From IMG/VR virus record IMGVR_UViG_3300012942_000007, positions 1 to 55,222 of that record: a stretch of 55,222 nucleotides of DNA; one strand, written 5' to 3'. Under the pieces are notes generated by a model. It was not told the origin of the DNA and did no database searches. It was given only the letters and a program-made list of their open reading frames with translations. Position 1 is the stretch's first letter. Every line of letters begins with the position of its first letter. Both the position numbers and the translations under genes were made by a program. This document shows, in pieces, positions 45,294 to 54,439 of the stretch. The stretch comes from a virus (lineage: Duplodnaviria; Caudoviricetes).

Positions 45294-45602
45294 ATGGCTC
45301 AATATGGCCGTCCCTCCGCTGCGCAGATTGCGAAAGAAGCGGAACGCAAACAGAAGGAAGCCGAGGCGGCGCTGATTACCGCTTCGGCGCCTCCCGAGGC
45401 CGCGCCGATTGGTCAGCGCAAGCTCGCCGGTTACAAGCTGGCGCGCACATTCAGCGATACCTCGCGCCGCCCACACGTCATCTATCGCAAGGATGAGATA
45501 TTGACGGACCGCCGCGAGGTCGAGCGCCTGGCGAAACTCGGTGCTGAACTCGATCCCGTCGAGGAAGCTGAGGAAGCCGATGCGGAGGATGCGGAGGGTT
45601 AA
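45294..45602 (+). CDS. Hypothetical head-associated protein
   Basis: AAGGA RBS, follows capsid gene. Confidence 0.55.
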   Translation: MAQYGRPSAAQIAKEAERKQKEAEAALITASAPPEAAPIGQRKLAGYKLARTFSDTSRRPHVIYRKDEILTDRREVERLAKLGAELDPVEEAEEADAEDAEG

Positions 45603-45620
45603 TCCCCTTCGCAATCCCTC

Positions 45621-46028
45621 ATGTCGGGGTTTGTTCCGTACACGTTCACCGATGCGCAGTTGGTCGATATCCGGCGGTATTGCGGGTATCCCGCCTATGG
45701 CGATGGGAGCGTCGTCTTTCCGTACCCCTGGATCATGCGGCAATACTTGGCGCTGGAATACCGCCTCCAGCACATGAGTCAGAGCGAAGGTACTGTGGTG
45801 GTCACCACTTACCTCGCCAACCTCAACACGCTTGAAAATGCCGTCCCCGCCTCGGGCGCCAACCTTGATACGGACCAGGCATCGGTTTGGACGCATAACA
45901 AGAATGAGGTGCGCGACAGGCTCCGGCTTTTCGATGGCTGGCGCCGTAGGCTCTGCCAGTTCATAGGCGTTCCGCCCGGGCCTGAATTCTCTGGCAGCGA
46001 CGGCTCCAGCATTAGGCTTGTTGTGTAA
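45621..46028 (+). CDS. Head-tail adaptor candidate
   Basis: 'DIRRYCGYP.YG'; synteny. Confidence 0.6.
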   Translation: MSGFVPYTFTDAQLVDIRRYCGYPAYGDGSVVFPYPWIMRQYLALEYRLQHMSQSEGTVVVTTYLANLNTLENAVPASGANLDTDQASVWTHNKNEVRDRLRLFDGWRRRLCQFIGVPPGPEFSGSDGSSIRLVV

Positions 46029-46043
46029 TCAAGGAGGCGGACA

Positions 46044-46214
46044 ATGAAACGTCCCACGCACGTCAATGGCAAGCGCATTACGCAGGCGCAGCGCAACCGC
46101 GCTGATATGGAGATGGACCGGAAGCTTGGCATCAAGCAGGGATCGAAGCTCGATCTCGCCATCAATAAACTGACGGGGGCGAAAATTCCTCCCAAGAGTA
46201 CCAAGGGCCGCTAA
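46044..46214 (+). CDS. Small basic 56-aa protein
   Basis: AAGGAGG RBS; MKRPTHVNGKRITQAQ... Confidence 0.55.
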   Translation: MKRPTHVNGKRITQAQRNRADMEMDRKLGIKQGSKLDLAINKLTGAKIPPKSTKGR

Positions 46215-46874
46215 GTGGTCGATTTCGCGCTCATCCAGAGCAAGATCGACTTCGGTTATGCGAAAGCCGGATCGGTTCTGGGGCCACCATATCAGCAATA
46301 CCGGCCATCTGGCGCGGACAATCCCACGGGGGGCACGCCGATTGGCGCACTGAACGCGTGGCTGACCACGGATGCCGCGCTTCAAGGCCTGAAACCTGTC
46401 GCCTACGCGAAACCGTTCTGGTTCGCAGCCGTTGAGCGCTCCGGTTTGCAGCTCGGCGACTATCTTGCCGGCGATCTCGGCACCTTCTACGTCAATTCGG
46501 TGATCTATCCGGCCCCGGTGGGATTGATACAGTGCAACCGGATCATTTCGGTCGACAGGATGCAGCAGGGCGTTGCGCCGGGGCTGTCTCCCACCTACGG
46601 CGGCGATGTGACGGCAGACGCTACGACGCTCATCACTGGCTGGCCTTGCGCCATGTTTGCTCAGGGTTATCGCGGCGCGCCCAACGTCATGCAGTTTCCG
46701 AACGATGCCAAGCTCGGCACGATGATGACGCTCGTTCCTGGGAGCGCGCCCATAAATTTCCAAGCCAACGACTACATTACGGACGATCTGGGCAACCGCT
46801 ATTCGGTCTCGAATGCCGAACTCACCACGCTGGGCTGGCGTTTGACGGCAGACCTTTGGAAGCAGGGATCATGA
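46215..46874 (+). CDS. Neck / head-closure protein candidate
   Basis: Synteny; 'D.ITDD.G.RY.V...E....GW'. Confidence 0.6.
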   Translation: MVDFALIQSKIDFGYAKAGSVLGPPYQQYRPSGADNPTGGTPIGALNAWLTTDAALQGLKPVAYAKPFWFAAVERSGLQLGDYLAGDLGTFYVNSVIYPAPVGLIQCNRIISVDRMQQGVAPGLSPTYGGDVTADATTLITGWPCAMFAQGYRGAPNVMQFPNDAKLGTMMTLVPGSAPINFQANDYITDDLGNRYSVSNAELTTLGWRLTADLWKQGS

Positions 46875-47128
46875 GCAATACGGCCGAGATACTGAAGCCG
46901 TTTGGCGAATATCTGGCGCTCGGCGCGGATGAAGGTGTCATTGAGGTGGTCGAGGATTTATTGGCGAAGGCGCGTGCCGGGGAAATTGTCGCCGTCGCGG
47001 TGGCGGCAATTGCGCCGAATGGATTTTGCTTGACCAGGGCCAATCGTGGCACTCGCGGAATGGGGGAACTCGTTGGGGGCGTGGCGGCGCTTCAGCAAGA
47101 AATCATTGAGCAGTGGCGGTCTGAGTAA
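46871..47128 (+). CDS. Hypothetical protein
   Basis: ATGA coupling; 'LLAKARAGEI..VAVA'. Confidence 0.55.
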   Translation: MSNTAEILKPFGEYLALGADEGVIEVVEDLLAKARAGEIVAVAVAAIAPNGFCLTRANRGTRGMGELVGGVAALQQEIIEQWRSE

Positions 47129-48033
47129 TGGCTGACGTCGCAGACGTCGAGCAAGCCATCGCGTCCATGCTGGCTGGCGCGCTCTACCCGAATGGCACGT
47201 CGCAGCCGAGCATCGTGGGCGCCACGGTAACGCTCCAGCGCGGCTGGCCGAACGAAGCGCAGGTGCAGAAAGCGGTTGGCGTTCAATCGGTTCTGATCTC
47301 GGTTCACGGCAACAAGGGTATGGCGCGAGATTCGACGCGCTATTTCCGGGACTGGATCGGGCAAGCCGGGACACCGACCATCACCGCAACGGTTTCGGGC
47401 TTTACGGTCATCTTCGGCGGCACGGTTTCCGCCGGCCATGCCATTGCCGTGCAGAGCGCTGGGGTGTGGTTCAAGTATCTTGTTGTGGGGAACGATACCG
47501 CGACCACCATCGCGGCGGCGTTCGCGGCTCAAATTCCGGGCGCCTCATCGTCTGGGCCTATTTTAACGCTTCCGGCCGGCGGCCGAACTCCGCAGGCGCG
47601 CGTTGTGCTCGGTGGCAATGTCAGCGCGAATGTTTCGCGCCAGACCATGGTTTTCCAGATATGCTGCTGGGCGCCGACGCCTGCTTTGCGCGATGCCGTG
47701 TTTTCACAGCTTCCTCCCATCGTCGCCTATCTGGGATCACGACTGCCGCTTCCGGACGGCACGTTCGCGACATGGATGGGGCAGCGCGAAACCGGTCCGG
47801 ATGATTTGCCGGGCCGCGCCGAGGAATGGCGCCGCGATGTGATGGCGTCATACGAATTTGGCGTCAATTACACGCAAGCAGCTCAAGCGCTCCTGCTCCT
47901 TGAGATCGCTGTCAGCGCCAACGAAGCCACGCTCTTCAACTCCGGCGATACGGTTTACCCGGGCGACGTTCTCACGGACGGCAACGGCAACCCGCTTCTG
48001 GACGAAACCAACGGCCTGCTCGGCCAAGTGTAG
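47128..48033 (+). CDS. Tail completion/terminator protein candidate
   Basis: Immediately before sheath gene. Confidence 0.55.
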   Translation: MADVADVEQAIASMLAGALYPNGTSQPSIVGATVTLQRGWPNEAQVQKAVGVQSVLISVHGNKGMARDSTRYFRDWIGQAGTPTITATVSGFTVIFGGTVSAGHAIAVQSAGVWFKYLVVGNDTATTIAAAFAAQIPGASSSGPILTLPAGGRTPQARVVLGGNVSANVSRQTMVFQICCWAPTPALRDAVFSQLPPIVAYLGSRLPLPDGTFATWMGQRETGPDDLPGRAEEWRRDVMASYEFGVNYTQAAQALLLLEIAVSANEATLFNSGDTVYPGDVLTDGNGNPLLDETNGLLGQV

Positions 48034-48081
48034 CAACCCGCAGCGCTGAGAAGCGCGACATCTCATAGATGGAGTTTACCA

Positions 48082-49665
48082 ATGGCGATCAGTCCGCAGG
48101 GATTGCTCAATAGCACCGCGCTTGTCGTGCCGGGTCTGTATGTTCAGATCGTCCCGCCGCAGAACTTCACGCTCAACGGCGTTCCGTCCGGCACTCTCGG
48201 GCTGGTAGGCACCGCGTCTTATGGTCCCGTCGGGGTGGCGACGGAGATCGGGACGCTTCAGGAATATGTCCAGGCCTTCGGGCCGATCATGAACCGCGCC
48301 CACGATCTGGGGAGTTATGTCGCAATCGCGGTCCAGCAGGGTGCCGCGTCCTTTGAAATTGTCCGTGTGACGGACGGCACCGATACCGCGGCGGCGGGTC
48401 ATTTCGGCGCCACGACCACCGATATTACCTTTACCGCCAAGTCCACCGGCACCCTGGGCAACCAGACGACAGTCGCAATTTCCGCGTCTCCAGGCGCGGC
48501 AAGCGCTTGGAACTGCGTGATCTCGAATGCCGCCCTCGGGATTTCCGAGAAATTCAGCAATATCACCGGTTCCGGGGCGGCTTTCTGGGCCGCATTGGCT
48601 GCCGTGGTCAATAACGGCCAGACGATTGCTCGCGGACCTTCTCAGCTTGTCTCGGCAACTGCCGGAGCTGGCACGGATGCGGCGAGCGCCGAGAGCGTGA
48701 CGCTGAGCGGTGGTACGGATGGCGTCACCACCATCAATTCCACAGCGCTGCTCGGCGTCGATACGGTGCCGCGCAAGGGCATGTACGCGCTGCGCGGCCA
48801 AGGCGCGTCGGTTGGGGTGCTGTGCGATCTCAGCGACCCCACCTCCTGGACCGACCTCGTCTCGTTCGGCTTGTCCGAGGGCATCTATATGGTGGACGCT
48901 TTCACCGCGGCCGCCGGGCTGCCTGCCTCGGGCATCGCCACGGCCGCGACCACCATGCAATCCTCCGGCGCGCTCTCTTACGCGCTCAAAGTCATGTTCG
49001 GCGACTGGTGCTATTGGCAGGATACCACCAACAACGTCATGCGCCTGGTGTCACCGGCCGCCTTCATCGCTGGCGCCCTGGCCGCGACATCGCCGCAGAA
49101 CGCCATCCTCAACAAGCAGCTTTACGGTATCGCCGGGACGCAGCAGCTCGGCCAGATCGGCACGTCGCAATCCCAGGGCTACGCGCAGGCCGACCTTCAG
49201 GCGCTCTTCCTGGCTGGGATCGATGTCATCTCCAACCCGTCTCCCGGCGGGGCATATTTCTCGGCGCTGGGCGGTATCAGCACCTTCTACGCCAGCGACG
49301 AAAGCAACGGCGTGGACGAATACACGCGGATGACGAACTACCTGGCCGCGACGCTGAACGCAGGCATGGGCAAGTTCATCGGCTACGGCAATCTCATCAG
49401 CCAGACGCTGTTCAACCAGATCACCGCGACGCTGACGCAGTTCCTGAACGGCCTATTGCAGCAGGGCCTACTGGTGATGACTTACGACGCCAACGGCAAT
49501 CCCGCGCTGCCTTATACGGTGGTGTGCGGGCCTTCCAACAACCCGCCATCCCGCACGGCCGGCGGCTATGTGCAGGCGGACGTGAGCGTCCGGTACGGCG
49601 CCACCAACCGCAAGTTCATCATCAACCTCCAGGGCGGCCAAACCGTCCAGGTGACCACTTCCTGA
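48082..49665 (+). CDS. Tail sheath protein
   Basis: 'VPGLYVQI', 'GLVGTA..GP', 'LSGGTDG', 'Y.VVC...NNP'. Confidence 0.9.
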   Translation: MAISPQGLLNSTALVVPGLYVQIVPPQNFTLNGVPSGTLGLVGTASYGPVGVATEIGTLQEYVQAFGPIMNRAHDLGSYVAIAVQQGAASFEIVRVTDGTDTAAAGHFGATTTDITFTAKSTGTLGNQTTVAISASPGAASAWNCVISNAALGISEKFSNITGSGAAFWAALAAVVNNGQTIARGPSQLVSATAGAGTDAASAESVTLSGGTDGVTTINSTALLGVDTVPRKGMYALRGQGASVGVLCDLSDPTSWTDLVSFGLSEGIYMVDAFTAAAGLPASGIATAATTMQSSGALSYALKVMFGDWCYWQDTTNNVMRLVSPAAFIAGALAATSPQNAILNKQLYGIAGTQQLGQIGTSQSQGYAQADLQALFLAGIDVISNPSPGGAYFSALGGISTFYASDESNGVDEYTRMTNYLAATLNAGMGKFIGYGNLISQTLFNQITATLTQFLNGLLQQGLLVMTYDANGNPALPYTVVCGPSNNPPSRTAGGYVQADVSVRYGATNRKFIINLQGGQTVQVTTS

Positions 49666-49743
49666 CACGTTAGCCGAACCGGCCCTTAGGCAAGGCCCTT
49701 AGCCCGCCGTGATGGCGGGCGTCCCTTTGCAGGAGCCTCCCAT

Positions 49744-50184
49744 ATGCCCAACTTTACCGTTGGCCGTGACGCCAGCGCGGTGCTGATTGCGCCGAACGGC
49801 AGCACGATCACGCTGCCCGCGCTGACTCAGATTTCCGAGAAGCCGCAATACAAGCAGGTCACGTCCGAGCCGTTGGATTTGCCACCGGAGCGGCGTTATC
49901 TGCCCGCCGGGCACGAGATGACACTGTCGTTCGACCGCGTTGACGGCGCGGTGGACAACTACTTCAGCCAGATCGAGGCGGGATGGTGGGCAAACGGTAC
50001 GTCCGATGGCGGCACGGCCCCGACGGGCGCCATGTTCGTCTACGTGACCAATCCGGACGGCTCGCAGTCCACCCATAATTATCAAGGGCTGTCGTTCGGG
50101 CTGACCGATGGAGGGACGTTCACTGTCGATCAGGTGGTGAAGATGGAAATCTCCGGGTTCGCAGGTAAGAAGGTGACGAGCTGA
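49744..50184 (+). CDS. Tail tube protein
   Basis: 146 aa after sheath; AGGAG RBS. Confidence 0.8.
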   Translation: MPNFTVGRDASAVLIAPNGSTITLPALTQISEKPQYKQVTSEPLDLPPERRYLPAGHEMTLSFDRVDGAVDNYFSQIEAGWWANGTSDGGTAPTGAMFVYVTNPDGSQSTHNYQGLSFGLTDGGTFTVDQVVKMEISGFAGKKVTS

Positions 50185-50186
50185 TA

Positions 50187-50537
50187 TCAGTCAGCGATAA
50201 GATCTGACTGCACCCTTGGGGGCGATACCTTTAGCGCGCGACAAGCCGTCTGGACCTTCGACGGGATGTCATTGAACACATATCCACGCTCAAGAAGGCG
50301 GCGTGTGTAGTAGCCGTTGTAGAGGAAGGCCCACACAAACATAGCCACCCAAGCGCCTATGCCCATGGTGAAAATGCCGATAATAATCATTACCGCAAAA
50401 GAGCCAATGAAGGTAATAAAGTCCTGCCGAAAAAGTGCCGGAAACGCTCCGAAAAAGAAGGTGGTCCAAGAGTATCCGTAAAGCCCCTTTTTGATGAAGC
50501 CCGTATCCTTGTGCTTTAGCATCACAACTTGTGCCAT
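50187..50537 (-). CDS. Small membrane protein (HrgC/DUF2628-like), moron
   Basis: 'G..K....G.SWTTFFFG.FPALFR.D', 'YN..Y...LL..GY'; GGAGG RBS. Confidence 0.7.
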   Translation of the reverse strand: MAQVVMLKHKDTGFIKKGLYGYSWTTFFFGAFPALFRQDFITFIGSFAVMIIIGIFTMGIGAWVAMFVWAFLYNGYYTRRLLERGYVFNDIPSKVQTACRALKVSPPRVQSDLIAD

Positions 50538-50596
50538 TTAAGCCTCCCCCTGCTGATGTCGAAATGTTACATTCCGTTAAGCCGGGAGTCGAGGGG

Positions 50597-50902
50597 CTAT
50601 TCAGCCGCCAGAGCGCGTTCCACCGCTTCGGGTGCCTTTTCAATCACCGTGAGCAGGATGCGGGCGGTTAAGTCTGGTTTACGCCGCCCCTGCTCCCAAC
50701 CCTCCAGGGTTCGAGCTGGCACGTGAAACCGGCGCTCAAACTCTTTGACGGATGAGGCAGCCCCCTTGCGGATCGCCTTAACTCTGACGGCGGGCATGGG
50801 ATCTATTTCCCGAACGGGGAGCGCGATCTCGCCGCGCTTCCATGCCGCGACTTCTTTCATGGCTTCGATAAGATCGGAGCCGAATTCGGTATCTTTGGTC
50901 AT
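50597..50902 (-). CDS. higA: HigA-like HTH antitoxin
   Basis: 'VKAIRK.......F...F.V..RTL..WEQGRR.P...AR.LL'. Confidence 0.82.
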   Translation of the reverse strand: MTKDTEFGSDLIEAMKEVAAWKRGEIALPVREIDPMPAVRVKAIRKGAASSVKEFERRFHVPARTLEGWEQGRRKPDLTARILLTVIEKAPEAVERALAAE

Positions 50903-51219
50903 TTCATCACCTCGTCTATAAGCATCAGGAGTTCTTTCTTCTGCCGTTCCGATAAGTCCTCCTGCTCGGCTTTTCCGTAGGCGGTAAGCAGGAACACCAA
51001 TTCGTCAATGACCAGAATAAAGTAGATCGCCCGACCGCCCCCTCTTTTGCCTTTGCCGCCCATGGCGAAGCGAATTTTGCGAATGCCGCGCAGCCCTGGA
51101 ATGACATCTCCAGCCAACGGATTGGCGGAAATGCTCGCTTCCAGAGCGTCAATATCAGCCTTCGTCGCATTCAGCTTCTTGAGGGAGCGTTCAAAAAGAG
51201 CGGTGCGGACGATCTTCAT
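50899..51219 (-). CDS. higB: RelE/HigB-family toxin
   Basis: 'NP.AGD.IPG..G.RK.R.....KGKRGG.R.IYF', 'Y.K.E..DL'; toxin-first order. Confidence 0.85.
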   Translation of the reverse strand: MKIVRTALFERSLKKLNATKADIDALEASISANPLAGDVIPGLRGIRKIRFAMGGKGKRGGGRAIYFILVIDELVFLLTAYGKAEQEDLSERQKKELLMLIDEVMK

Positions 51220-51225
51220 ACGGGG

Positions 51226-51262
51226 AATATACGTCATCGGCGTATGAACGTCAATGACGTAT
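51226..51262 (-). promoter_or_regulatory. TA promoter with palindromic operators (leaderless)
   Basis: TTGACG-17-TATATT-6 nt-ATG; palindromes ATACG-N7-CGTAT and ACGTCA-A-TGACGT. Confidence 0.75.
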
Positions 51263-51327
51263 TTGCGTCGAATTAAATGCTGCACCCTAAGATACTTATG
51301 GGCACTTCTTTTGTCAGGGAATAAAAT

Positions 51328-51666
51328 ATGACCGAAACCCCAACTCAGCAATTGCTTGCCAGTCAGCCCGAGGCGGTGAAGCTGGAGGGCGATATCACCG
51401 TTCGCGTCCTCTCTCCCATTGAACAATTTCGCTTCAAGAAGGTGGTCGGTAAGTACGTCGATAACCCAGGCTACATGCTGGATGCGATGATGGCGGCCTC
51501 GGTCCGTGAGGTTGGAGGCGAGCCGATGCCGTTTCCGCAAAATGAACAGGGTATCGAACTCATTCTCGGCAAGTTGGGCTGGAAGGGCTGGCAATCCGTT
51601 CAGGATCATTATGTAGCCCTCGGGACGGAAACTGCCGACGAGGTCGAAACCGCAAAAAACTCGTAA
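51328..51666 (+). CDS. Tail assembly chaperone (gpG-like)
   Basis: Between tube and tape measure; ends in slippery A AAA AAC. Confidence 0.78.
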   Translation: MTETPTQQLLASQPEAVKLEGDITVRVLSPIEQFRFKKVVGKYVDNPGYMLDAMMAASVREVGGEPMPFPQNEQGIELILGKLGWKGWQSVQDHYVALGTETADEVETAKNS

Positions 51667-51845
51667 GGGACGGTAGGCTTCGCCAGCGTTTATATCTGGT
51701 GAAGAATAACGTCCCCTTCGACGTTGCGATGGCCCTTTCGGAAGCTGAGGCGTTCGCCTTTCAAGTGATGATTGGTGAAATGGACGGCAATAAATTCGAT
51801 TGGAATAGGCTTAATTGGCACGATGAATCTAATGACTCTCAGTGA
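51654..51845 (+). CDS. -1 frameshift extension of tail chaperone (gpGT-like)
   Basis: -1 frame open from the slippery site: LVRDGRLRQRLYLVKNNVPFDVAMAL...GEMDGNKFDW. Confidence 0.7.
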   Translation, partial: KKLVRDGRLRQRLYLVKNNVPFDVAMALSEAEAFAFQVMIGEMDGNKFDWNRLNWHDESNDSQ

Positions 51846-52329
51846 TTTCGCGCTGGAATTAGGACGCCTTACGACTCGCGTACATGAGGAATCGCACCAT
51901 GCGCTTGAGAGGGCGGCCAAGGTGGTCGAGAAAGAAGCCAAGGCGTCCATCGGCGAATATCAGACAAAGGCAGGCCAGTTTGTCGCTTGGGCACCTCTTG
52001 CAGATAGCACGGTAGCGGACAAAGAGCGCTTGGGATACGCGCCCCCGGATAACCCGGAACTGCGTACCGGCACCATGCGGGAAAGCATTGAGCATACCGT
52101 CAAAATGGAAAGCTTCGACGGGGTGGCTTATATTGGGTCCGACAGCAAAATAATGGAATGGCAAGAGCTCGGAACGTCGAAAATGCCCCCGCGCTCCATT
52201 CTCGGGGGTGCCGCAGTTCGCAAGGCCGACGATGTGGCGAAGCTAGTGGGCGGTTCCGTCTACGGCGCCTTGGTTGGAGGCGGTGTTTATGGCGGGAGGC
52301 TTCCAATTCCCGGTCTCGACGTCGAATAG
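51823..52329 (+). CDS. HK97 gp10 / Mu gpG-like neck protein
   Basis: 'W.PLA.ST...K', 'LRTG.MRESI', 'ELGTSKMPPR'. Confidence 0.75.
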   Translation: MNLMTLSDFALELGRLTTRVHEESHHALERAAKVVEKEAKASIGEYQTKAGQFVAWAPLADSTVADKERLGYAPPDNPELRTGTMRESIEHTVKMESFDGVAYIGSDSKIMEWQELGTSKMPPRSILGGAAVRKADDVAKLVGGSVYGALVGGGVYGGRLPIPGLDVE

Positions 52330-52579
52330 ATAAGCTACAACGGGGGCGGCAAAGACGCCGACGACAATCGCACCAACCAGTACCCAGATCAGCAAGACCA
52401 ACTTAACGCTATCTGTAACCGCCTCCTTCTTGTTGCGGGACGCGTGCCACGGCTGATGCTTCCGGTTCATTTTCCGGAGCTGCCGTTCACGTCGGACGCG
52501 GAAAGAGGCGCCATCGTCCTCGAAATCCCCTGCCGGGTCTAGCGACCCATCTTCTCTAATCGTTTTTCGGTAGGAACGC

Positions 52580-54439
52580 ATGGCTGACGTTTACCGCATT
52601 GGCATCTCGATTGCCATGAGAAACGGCGTGTCTAGTGCCCTCAAGGTCATCCAGAAGGATGTCCTCGGGCTGGGAACGGCCGTCGATTTCACGCAAGGGA
52701 AGCTAAATAAACTGAAACTTGCCGTGGGCGGAGCTGCTCTGGCGTTCGCGGGCAAGCAGGTTTTGAGTGCATATGCCGGGCTTGCCAACGCCGGCGGGAA
52801 GGTTCTCAACCAACAAGCACAGATTTTGTCGTTGACGGGCAGCCAGCGCGATGTCGTGATGGCGACGAAAGAGGCGTATAAAGATATCGCCATTTCCAAC
52901 ACGACAATTGCGGGGAATCTGTCAGCCTTCCAGGCTCTGCGCGCCGTTCTGAGCAACAGCAAGGAAGCTATTGCCGCCATGGCACCCTTTTTGAATGCGG
53001 CCGTGGTATTCAAGGGCTTCGGGGGCACCCAGGCCGGTCTCGCATATGCAGTGAAAGCTCTTGATATTCAGGGGGCATTTGTTGGTGCAAACGGGCAGCT
53101 TGATCCCACGCGGGTAAAAAGCGCCCTACACGATTACAATACCGTCTTCGGGCTTTCCCATGGGCTTCTGACCCCTCAGCAACTCTTGCAGTTTACCAAA
53201 ATGGCGGGTCCGGCGGCAGCAATGATGAGCACGAGCGCCTATCTTCGTGACAATTACGAGTTGATGCTGGGCCTTGGGCCAACCGGTGGTCGCGGTGAGG
53301 CGTATGCCATCAAGGATCTGCTCGGGGGTGGGACATCGAAGGCTTTGGCTGAACAACTCGCGCATCTTGGCTTGGTCCGGCGCGGCGGCATCGAGGATGA
53401 GTTTGGCCATTATGTCATAAAGCGTGGCGCATTGAGCGGGAATGCCCAACTGACGGGGCAGGGCATTATCCCTTGGTTCTACGGAACAGTCGTTCCACTC
53501 CTGAAAGCGCATCATTACGCGCTTAATGCCGCTGGATTGGCGCAAGCCTTGGGCAGTCTCCCGCAGACAACGCTGCGGGCGTTCACTTACCTGCTCACAA
53601 ACCGCGCTCAGATTGAGGCGGGCATGCACAAGTACGATGTGGCTACTCAGCAGAATTATTTGGCCACGATGTTGGCCAGCAATTTTGCTCTTGCGAAAGG
53701 CAACGTAACGAGCGCTTTCACTGCCCTTTGGCAGGCGTTAGGAACGCCAGCGGCCAAAATGGCCATTCCTATTTTGAATGAACTTGCGGGAGGTATTCGC
53801 AGGTTTACGCAGTGGATTGGGGCGCATCCTGGTTATGCAGTGGCCATTGACAAGACGCTTCTGGCCCTCGGCGTCGGATTGACGGCGCTAGGCTCCGCGC
53901 TGGTTATTGGTGCCGTTATTGCGGCCGTGGGGACGGGTGGTACGTTGGCTGCCCTGGGGGTGGGAATTGCCGCTGTTGCCACGGTTTTGGCCGCTACCAA
54001 TTGGGGCGCAATATCAAAAGCGTTTGGCAATGCGGTGAGTGGCTTTGAGCATGGTATTCAGCGCATCCTGTATGACATCACGCATCCCGGGCAGCTAATA
54101 AAAGACGTTTCTGGATTAGGTTCCGGAGCGCCTGCGGTTCCATCGCACCCGCCAGGAAATGGACATTGGCAGATAGCTGGTCGTACCAGGATATGGGTGC
54201 CTGCCGGAAGCCACGCGCCAACAGGCCCTGGTCTTATACAAGGCACCGAAGATATATGGCATTCCCTGGCGAATTGGGTGGATCAAGGAGCGCCCGTAAC
54301 CGTCACCAACCCTGGCGATATCGGCTTCAACATGCACAAAACCATGGTGCGTAGCCTCGCCGCGCCACAGACTGGCCCGAGTGGGTTCAACGGCCGCGCG
54401 GTGCCATATGGCACGCCCGCAGTCTCGACGGTACCATAA
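52580..54439 (+). CDS. Tape measure protein
   Basis: 619 aa, Ala/Gly-rich helical with hydrophobic segment; synteny. Confidence 0.8.
   Translation: MADVYRIGISIAMRNGVSSALKVIQKDVLGLGTAVDFTQGKLNKLKLAVGGAALAFAGKQVLSAYAGLANAGGKVLNQQAQILSLTGSQRDVVMATKEAYKDIAISNTTIAGNLSAFQALRAVLSNSKEAIAAMAPFLNAAVVFKGFGGTQAGLAYAVKALDIQGAFVGANGQLDPTRVKSALHDYNTVFGLSHGLLTPQQLLQFTKMAGPAAAMMSTSAYLRDNYELMLGLGPTGGRGEAYAIKDLLGGGTSKALAEQLAHLGLVRRGGIEDEFGHYVIKRGALSGNAQLTGQGIIPWFYGTVVPLLKAHHYALNAAGLAQALGSLPQTTLRAFTYLLTNRAQIEAGMHKYDVATQQNYLATMLASNFALAKGNVTSAFTALWQALGTPAAKMAIPILNELAGGIRRFTQWIGAHPGYAVAIDKTLLALGVGLTALGSALVIGAVIAAVGTGGTLAALGVGIAAVATVLAATNWGAISKAFGNAVSGFEHGIQRILYDITHPGQLIKDVSGLGSGAPAVPSHPPGNGHWQIAGRTRIWVPAGSHAPTGPGLIQGTEDIWHSLANWVDQGAPVTVTNPGDIGFNMHKTMVRSLAAPQTGPSGFNGRAVPYGTPAVSTVP

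Noticed and set aside
43878-45896. 672-aa minus-strand ORF and similar long shadow ORFs (4000-5055, 19806-20978, 48076-48960, 54283-55221)
   Set aside because: Antisense shadows of GC-rich, codon-biased genes with no RBS or motifs
52243-52581. Minus-strand membrane-protein moron before tape measure
   Set aside because: It has a TM-like stretch but overlaps both neighbours and has no clear RBS; too weak to call
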